A stretch of 22,066 bases of DNA from an uncultured archaeon (lineage in GTDB: Archaea; Asgardarchaeota; Lokiarchaeia; Sigyniarchaeales; SOKP01), in contig CAZDTP010000057.1 of assembly GCA_964508365.1 (NCBI GenBank), forward strand, positions 1 to 22,066, written 5' to 3'. Below the pieces are notes generated by a model. That model saw only the letters and a program-made list of their open reading frames with translations. It did no database searches and was not told the DNA's origin. Shown piece by piece: positions 16,826 to 22,066 of the stretch (its first letter is position 1; each line of letters starts with the position of its first letter). The position numbers and the translations under genes are program-made.

Positions 16826-17518
16826 ATGGTTCTGTATAAAGATGGGAAAATCTATTTGAAAATAGTTTATTGGGGTATGGGCAGGTCTGGAAAGACTACT
16901 ATTTTAAAAACGCTGTATCGAATAACTAAGGAAACTAAAAAAGATATTGTCCCAATTGGTGAATTACAAATAATTGATAAAGATAGTGGGGCAACATTGC
17001 TATTTGATCGGGGTCTTTTTCAGTCTACAAAACAAAAAGAAGTTTATTACCGTGTTTATACAGTAGCAGGACAAAAAGGATTTACTCCACTGAGAAAGAA
17101 AATATTTCTAAAACAAGATGACCAGACAGATGCAGTTATATTTGTTGTGGATTCACGTACTAATTTTCTAGAGGATAACATCGAATCATTAATGGAATTA
17201 AAAAACATGGCAAACGATAGATTAATTAGAGAAATTCCAATGATCGTAATGTTAAACAAACAAGACCTCGATGATATCATAGATGAGGAGGATTTTAAGG
17301 TAATTTTAAAACACGAGAAATTATGGTATGATCCTAGTAATGAATTATATATATGGAATCCGTTAATTTATACTTCATGTGCAATATATGAACAAGAAAA
17401 AGATATTTACCGCAGTTTTCACGAATGTGCTCGTAGATCAGTCCTTTATCATGTTTATGGGGAAGGTAAAGCACCAACGGAAAGGGATATATCAAAAGAT
17501 TCCATAAAAGCTACTTAA
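16826..17518 (+). CDS. MglA-like small GTPase (Asgard type)
   Basis: KIVYWGMGRSGKTT (G1), GATLLFD, YTVAGQ (MglA-type G3 lacking the Asp), DAVIFVVDS and LNKQDL (G4). Confidence 0.85.
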   Translation: MVLYKDGKIYLKIVYWGMGRSGKTTILKTLYRITKETKKDIVPIGELQIIDKDSGATLLFDRGLFQSTKQKEVYYRVYTVAGQKGFTPLRKKIFLKQDDQTDAVIFVVDSRTNFLEDNIESLMELKNMANDRLIREIPMIVMLNKQDLDDIIDEEDFKVILKHEKLWYDPSNELYIWNPLIYTSCAIYEQEKDIYRSFHECARRSVLYHVYGEGKAPTERDISKDSIKAT

Positions 17519-17562
17519 AGCAGATTTAATAATCAACTATATGATGCTTAAAGCTTTACTAA

Positions 17563-18645
17563 TTAAATTACAGTATAATCTAAAAATGACGATTTTTCCT
17601 TTAAAGGATTAATTAATAATTTTAGATGATGTAAGTATTGATCTATAGAAATTTCTCCTTTTTCATAGCGTATTGGTAATATTTTAATCAGGTAAAAAGG
17701 AGTATATTTAACGAAACGAATATCGGTAAAGAGAAAAACAACCCCTTTTGCTTCAAATATGATTCTTTTTTCTAATAATTCTTCAAATAAATCTTCTCTA
17801 TTATTTAACAAGTTAAGGCTGTCATTTACGGTTAACTCGCTTTTTCTTAGAACTTTTATTAAGTTATAAACATCGCTATCGATTAATAAACTTAGAATTA
17901 ATTTACTCTCGATTTCTTGGCTACAGTTGTAATTGGTGTAAAAATTTATTATTTCTTTCTTAAATTTCTTAGAAATTTTTTCATCAATTATATCATCGGG
18001 TAAAATTGATGATGGAATTCTCATATACGATAAGTCATTAATTAAGAAATAACACTCTTTAATTCCTGGGAGAGATTTTTTTAGAATTAATTTTTCACGA
18101 AGAAATGAGATCAATAGTAAATCGATATTTACAGTAGAAAATCCGTAATCATTTCGGAGAATTTCAATTAACTCGTTTTTAGTAATAACACCATTCCTTA
18201 GAATTTGTAATATCGTGAATTTAATTTTTTCTTGAAAAAATGAAATTAAATCCTGTCCTTCTAACTTAGTGTAATTTTTTATTGTATTGAACGCTTCTGA
18301 AACAGCTCTAGTAATTTTATCTGTGTTGATAAGCTCTAATAAATTCTTTGTTATCACTGCTAAAATGTCAGAGGATATTACATCACTAACTTTACTCTTA
18401 GTCTTTATTATTAAGACAAGAAAATAATTTTCTCCTTCGAATTCTTGTATAACTGATATAACACTCCGATCTTTTTCTTCTAAAATAAAATCTAATTCTA
18501 TTAAGGTATTCTCCTTATTTAGTTCGTGTTGTGCCCATATTTTCAGAAAGATATCTTTCGAAGGATAAGCTCCTTCTGGGGGATATTGAATTATAGGTAT
18601 TGGTCCAGTGCTTTTATTCCAATGAATTATAATTAACCGTTCCAT
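17563..18645 (-). CDS. Longin/uDENN-like N-terminal domain plus tandem winged-helix protein (NPRL2-like architecture)
   Basis: N-terminal IIIHWNKSTGPIPIIQYP hairpin motif followed by beta-strands and helices. Two wHTH-like segments: ILQILRNGVITKNELIEILRNDYGFSTVNIDLLLISFLREKLI and VYNLIKVLRKSELTVNDSLNLLNNREDLFEELLEKRII. Confidence 0.55.
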   Translation of the reverse strand: MERLIIIHWNKSTGPIPIIQYPPEGAYPSKDIFLKIWAQHELNKENTLIELDFILEEKDRSVISVIQEFEGENYFLVLIIKTKSKVSDVISSDILAVITKNLLELINTDKITRAVSEAFNTIKNYTKLEGQDLISFFQEKIKFTILQILRNGVITKNELIEILRNDYGFSTVNIDLLLISFLREKLILKKSLPGIKECYFLINDLSYMRIPSSILPDDIIDEKISKKFKKEIINFYTNYNCSQEIESKLILSLLIDSDVYNLIKVLRKSELTVNDSLNLLNNREDLFEELLEKRIIFEAKGVVFLFTDIRFVKYTPFYLIKILPIRYEKGEISIDQYLHHLKLLINPLKEKSSFLDYTVI

Positions 18646-18774
18646 TATTACGAGATATTTATGTAAAGTAAGTTAAAAATATGATTTGTTTTGGAGAATT
18701 TGTTTTTTATATAATAAAATAAGGAAATTCAGTTATAAATTCTATTGTGAAAATAAGTAGAACATCATAAAAGT

Positions 18775-19005
18775 TTATACCGACTTTAGGAGCATAGGAT
18801 AAAGATCTTCAAGATTTTTTAAAGTATTAATTAACATTTCATTCAATTTTTCATCATCTGCAAAATCAGGACTTTTAGAAAAACATGTGATTATTTGATT
18901 GGCAAGTGTTTTATCATATTGACAATACTTTTGATTCTTAAACTTAAATAAAAAATCAAATTCCTCTACTAACCAACCCAAATTCTGTAATATGTTTTCC
19001 TTCAA
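18775..19005 (-). CDS. Small helical hypothetical protein
   Basis: 76-aa ORF with TTG start and amphipathic helices, co-oriented with its neighbours. Confidence 0.6.
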   Translation of the reverse strand: MKENILQNLGWLVEEFDFLFKFKNQKYCQYDKTLANQIITCFSKSPDFADDEKLNEMLINTLKNLEDLYPMLLKSV

Positions 19006-19161
19006 TAAATTTTCATAATCACCGTTGTATAAATACAGAATAAGTACCTCTTTTATTATTAAGACTAATATAACTTAACTATGATCCTAGTAAAATGTCT
19101 CTTTAAATAATTATGTATGAAAATATTAATTTGTTTTACCCTTACAATTTTTCTAGGAATT

Positions 19162-19335
19162 CTACATTTCGTTTTGTCTAAAGTGATATCTCGTTATAGT
19201 CTTAGAGAGTTCCCATATCGATTGAATATTATTTGAATTAATTGCTTTGTTAAGATCTTTATACATTTTTGACAGGGTATGGCTTGTGTCAGTTTTGAGT
19301 TCACAATTTTTTGATGTTTTTTCTTCTTTACTCAT
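19162..19335 (-). CDS. Small hypothetical protein (57 aa), absent from the ORF track
   Basis: ATG 19335 gives MSKEEKTSKNCELKTDTSHTLSKMYKDLNKAINSNNIQSIWELSKTITRYHFRQNEM-TAG. Fills an otherwise empty gap among minus-strand genes. Confidence 0.5.
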   Translation of the reverse strand: MSKEEKTSKNCELKTDTSHTLSKMYKDLNKAINSNNIQSIWELSKTITRYHFRQNEM

Positions 19336-19427
19336 ATTTTATGGAAAAATAATAGTTATAAAAAAAATCAATAATATCACAATAACATCTTAAAAGTTAA
19401 ACACCGATATTAAAAAAAAAGACTTTA

Positions 19428-20693
19428 TTAATGCTCGAGGTAAAGGAACCTCTCTAAATAATAAAGCCAAACTTGAGAATATGTGTTTCCTACAATAAGG
19501 TCACTAGCATGAGCAGCAAAAGGGAAGGTTAAAACCATACAATCTACTCCCTCGTTGTTTAATGAGCTTTTAATTCTTTCGGCATTATCTAAAGAAACTA
19601 AATCATCTCTTAAACCTTGATAGATTAGCGAGGGAGGGTCGCTTGGATCTACTAAATTACTAGGAGTAAATTTTTCGAATGCTAGAGGATTTGACGATGA
19701 ATCACCAGGTAACAAAAAGGAAGGAGCAAAATCTGGAGGGTAGATTGGGACAATTCCTTTTATACTTAGCGCATTGCTGAAATTACCTGAGAAATAAGGA
19801 TCGTTATAACCCAAACCAATTACTCCGGTCAATTGTCCACCTGCCGAACCACCCATTATGAATACAGAATTTAAATTTGCGTTGTATGTATCTGCGTATG
19901 TTGTTTCAAGGAGCTTAGTAAAGTTGCCAATTTGATATACCATATCGTGCAACGTAAAATTTCCCTTCACATAATCTGGAGTTGGTATAAATGAAGAACC
20001 TCCGGAATCAAATAATCCATACTGGATGTCAAAAACGATATATCCTTGAGTAGCAAGGTACTTATTTAGTACAAGAACATTTCCTAGGCTTTTATCCCCA
20101 TATTGCCAGCTTCCACCATGAAGTTTTATGATAACGCTACCATTTCCAGGTAAGTCCGAATACACGCCTTTTGGGTAATACACATCAAAATACAACCTAA
20201 TACCATCAGCATCGTAATATAGAACATCGGTTTCAACATTACAATCTCTATGAGGGAAACCCAGAAAATAATTATAAAGATTGAACTGTGTTGGTAAGAA
20301 ATAATTATCAACATTTTGTGGAATGTTGCTTCTCCAATTTTCTCCATACGCTACATTAAACTCAGTTTCTGCTGTCTGAATTGAAACTGGCACTGACAAT
20401 AAAGGCAAAGCATTTAAAACGGTTAGTAACAAACCAATTATTAATATCGAAATCCGGTTCCAATTTTTAAAATGGTTTTTATGAGTCAATTTCAGTAGAA
20501 GTAATGTCGTTGGTATATACAAAAACATCAGAAATCCTGTGATTTGGGTAATGAAATAGGACATTGCACTGAATAAACTGTTTCTTATTGGAAATAGCAA
20601 AATAATCGTAAAAATTATACCAACCAGAAAAGTAAGATAGCACAATAACCTTAGAAAATGCTTAAGATATTTTACTTTTTTAGATTTATTCAA
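19428..20693 (-). CDS. Membrane-anchored alpha/beta hydrolase (HSL-family esterase/lipase)
   Basis: Three N-terminal TM helices, LHGGSW oxyanion motif, GGSAGG nucleophile elbow, QGLRDDLV (Asp) and AAHASD (His). Likely TTG start at 20693 after GAGGTG. Confidence 0.85.
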   Translation of the reverse strand: MNKSKKVKYLKHFLRLLCYLTFLVGIIFTIILLFPIRNSLFSAMSYFITQITGFLMFLYIPTTLLLLKLTHKNHFKNWNRISILIIGLLLTVLNALPLLSVPVSIQTAETEFNVAYGENWRSNIPQNVDNYFLPTQFNLYNYFLGFPHRDCNVETDVLYYDADGIRLYFDVYYPKGVYSDLPGNGSVIIKLHGGSWQYGDKSLGNVLVLNKYLATQGYIVFDIQYGLFDSGGSSFIPTPDYVKGNFTLHDMVYQIGNFTKLLETTYADTYNANLNSVFIMGGSAGGQLTGVIGLGYNDPYFSGNFSNALSIKGIVPIYPPDFAPSFLLPGDSSSNPLAFEKFTPSNLVDPSDPPSLIYQGLRDDLVSLDNAERIKSSLNNEGVDCMVLTFPFAAHASDLIVGNTYSQVWLYYLERFLYLEH

Positions 20694-21135
20694 AAGTCCA
20701 TGCACCTCTATTGTCAATGTTTGTAAAAGTAACGATACAGAAATGAAATCCATATAAATTAGTAATTAAGAAACCAGAAATTATCATTATATTGCCAAGA
20801 ACTAAAAGAGTACCACTAATAATAAAAGCTGAGAAAATAACGCCAAAAACCATAAGTAAAATGCTTGCAATAAATAATGCGAGATAGTAATAAGATACTC
20901 TATTTATTCGTTTTCCCATATGGAAATTTTTATTTAAATAAATGTCTGTAAAGTAAACAAGAGCTCCATTTAGAAACCACGATATTATTAATGCAAAACC
21001 GAATATGTCATACAAAATAGAATTTGTAGGTAAGAAGAAGTAAAATAGTCCTAGAGAAAGAGAAAAAGCACTCAAAAATATCCCTATTTTACTGAGATAT
21101 TTTAATACAGCTTTACTATATTTTTCTTTTTTCAT
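20686..21135 (-). CDS. Four-TM membrane protein of unknown function
   Basis: ATG 21135 (MKKEKYSK...), four hydrophobic helices. Its stop overlaps the hydrolase start by 8 nt. Confidence 0.7.
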   Translation of the reverse strand: MKKEKYSKAVLKYLSKIGIFLSAFSLSLGLFYFFLPTNSILYDIFGFALIISWFLNGALVYFTDIYLNKNFHMGKRINRVSYYYLALFIASILLMVFGVIFSAFIISGTLLVLGNIMIISGFLITNLYGFHFCIVTFTNIDNRGAWTFE

Positions 21136-21263
21136 ATTAAAGTATCCGTTTAAGTTTAAATTTTTATTAAAAATAATTACAACCTCAATCAATATAAACT
21201 TATAGAAGCAAATTTAAACTAAATATAAAAAAAATAAGATAAAATTGAGTTTAAAACTCGGTT

Positions 21264-22064
21264 TCATTGATTTTTTTTCTCGTAATACTTACTTATCAGG
21301 TAATACAATAAAAGCATAACAAAAATAATTGCCAGTACTACTAGCAAAATTATATTAAACACACCAGATTGAGCTTTGATTAACTCAACATCTGTAGTAT
21401 CAATAGGAGGTGTGAATCCTAGCAGAGCACCCCATATAGAGTAAAAAAAAGCTCGAAAAATTGAACCTATTAACGTACCAATTGAATATTTCTTAACATC
21501 TATATCTACCAAACCAGATGCGTATGAAATAACATCAAATGATATGAAAGGAAAAAATCTGGATATAATAATTGCTTTAACGCCATACTTTTTAATCAAT
21601 TTATCTGCCATATCAAGGCCACTTTCTCCTACAAACTTTTTTGCTAAAGGCCTTCCGCCCTTCCTACTTATATAGAAACACAATAAACTAGCGGCCATTG
21701 AACCAATAATCCCCATGATACCACCAAAAAACCACCCCCAGATCATCCCCGTAGACAATAGAACAACTTCTGACGGAATTGGAACTATTAACCCTTGTAT
21801 TGCCATTATACCAATAAAAAGGAATATCCCTAAAAATTGTAAATCGTAAATAGGATTAACAAACCATTCAGCGACAATTGTGTAAACGAATGTTGTATCA
21901 ATAAAATAATTGTAATATAATAAGAAGAGGGAAAACACTACTAATGCGACAAATAAGATAATGTATAATATAGTCTTAACGCTATACTGAGAGAAATTAA
22001 ACAGGTTTTTGAAATATTTTTTTAATTTAGAAGAAAATGAATCATTGTTCTCATTCTTTTCCAT
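21264..22064 (-). CDS. TVP38/TMEM64 (DedA/VTT) family membrane protein
   Basis: PIPSEVVLLSTGMIWG, GSMAASLLCFYISRKGGR and SRFFPFISFDVISYASG motifs. The ATG is at the window edge, so the N-terminus could extend further. Confidence 0.88.
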   Translation of the reverse strand: MEKNENNDSFSSKLKKYFKNLFNFSQYSVKTILYIILFVALVVFSLFLLYYNYFIDTTFVYTIVAEWFVNPIYDLQFLGIFLFIGIMAIQGLIVPIPSEVVLLSTGMIWGWFFGGIMGIIGSMAASLLCFYISRKGGRPLAKKFVGESGLDMADKLIKKYGVKAIIISRFFPFISFDVISYASGLVDIDVKKYSIGTLIGSIFRAFFYSIWGALLGFTPPIDTTDVELIKAQSGVFNIILLVVLAIIFVMLLLYYLISKYYEKKNQ

Positions 22065-22066
22065 GC

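Noticed and set aside
19005-19016. Possible lost A in ATG AAAA TTTA TTG that would give the 76-aa ORF an ATG start
   Set aside because: The in-frame TTG start is adequate, and it cannot be distinguished from chance without reads.
17056-20347. ORFs 17056..17280 and 20126..20347
   Set aside because: Antisense or alternative-frame overlaps of the GTPase and hydrolase genes.
1266-21266. Selenocysteine or pyrrolysine readthrough at TGA/TAG stops (YkgJ, MBL, ferredoxin, HdrB, TVP38)
   Set aside because: None of the stops falls at a conserved Cys position, downstream frames show no continued homology, and I saw no SECIS-like element.

Overview
AT-rich archaeal window that most likely comes from an Asgard archaeon (Lokiarchaeia/Promethearchaeota). 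This is inferred from a Rab-like GTPase, an MglA-like GTPase, a longin-type protein, HdrBC, MJ0100/MJ0099-type homocysteine biosynthesis genes and an ISH3-type IS. From left to right: a frameshifted HEPN-type gene and a palindrome array that look like the end of an inserted element truncating a YkgJ (CxxCxxCC) gene; an orphan N6-adenine methyltransferase; a Rab-like GTPase; an MBL hydrolase; a GPH/MFS transporter; a 50-aa zinc-ribbon gene missed by the ORF track; an EamA transporter; an apparently complete ISH3-like IS (8701-10233, 7-bp target duplication); a secreted M6/M30-like metalloprotease; DUF39-CBS plus NIL-ferredoxin converging on hdrCB; an MglA-like GTPase converging on a longin plus winged-helix (NPRL2/GATOR1-like) protein; two small ORFs; a membrane-anchored esterase; a 4-TM protein; and a TVP38/DedA protein. 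The best candidates for new biology are (i) the arginine-finger-less MglA-like GTPase with the NPRL2-like protein and (ii) the homocysteine synthase/HdrBC sulfur cluster. No rRNA, tRNA or CRISPR array was seen. All family calls come from motif recognition by eye, not from database searches.
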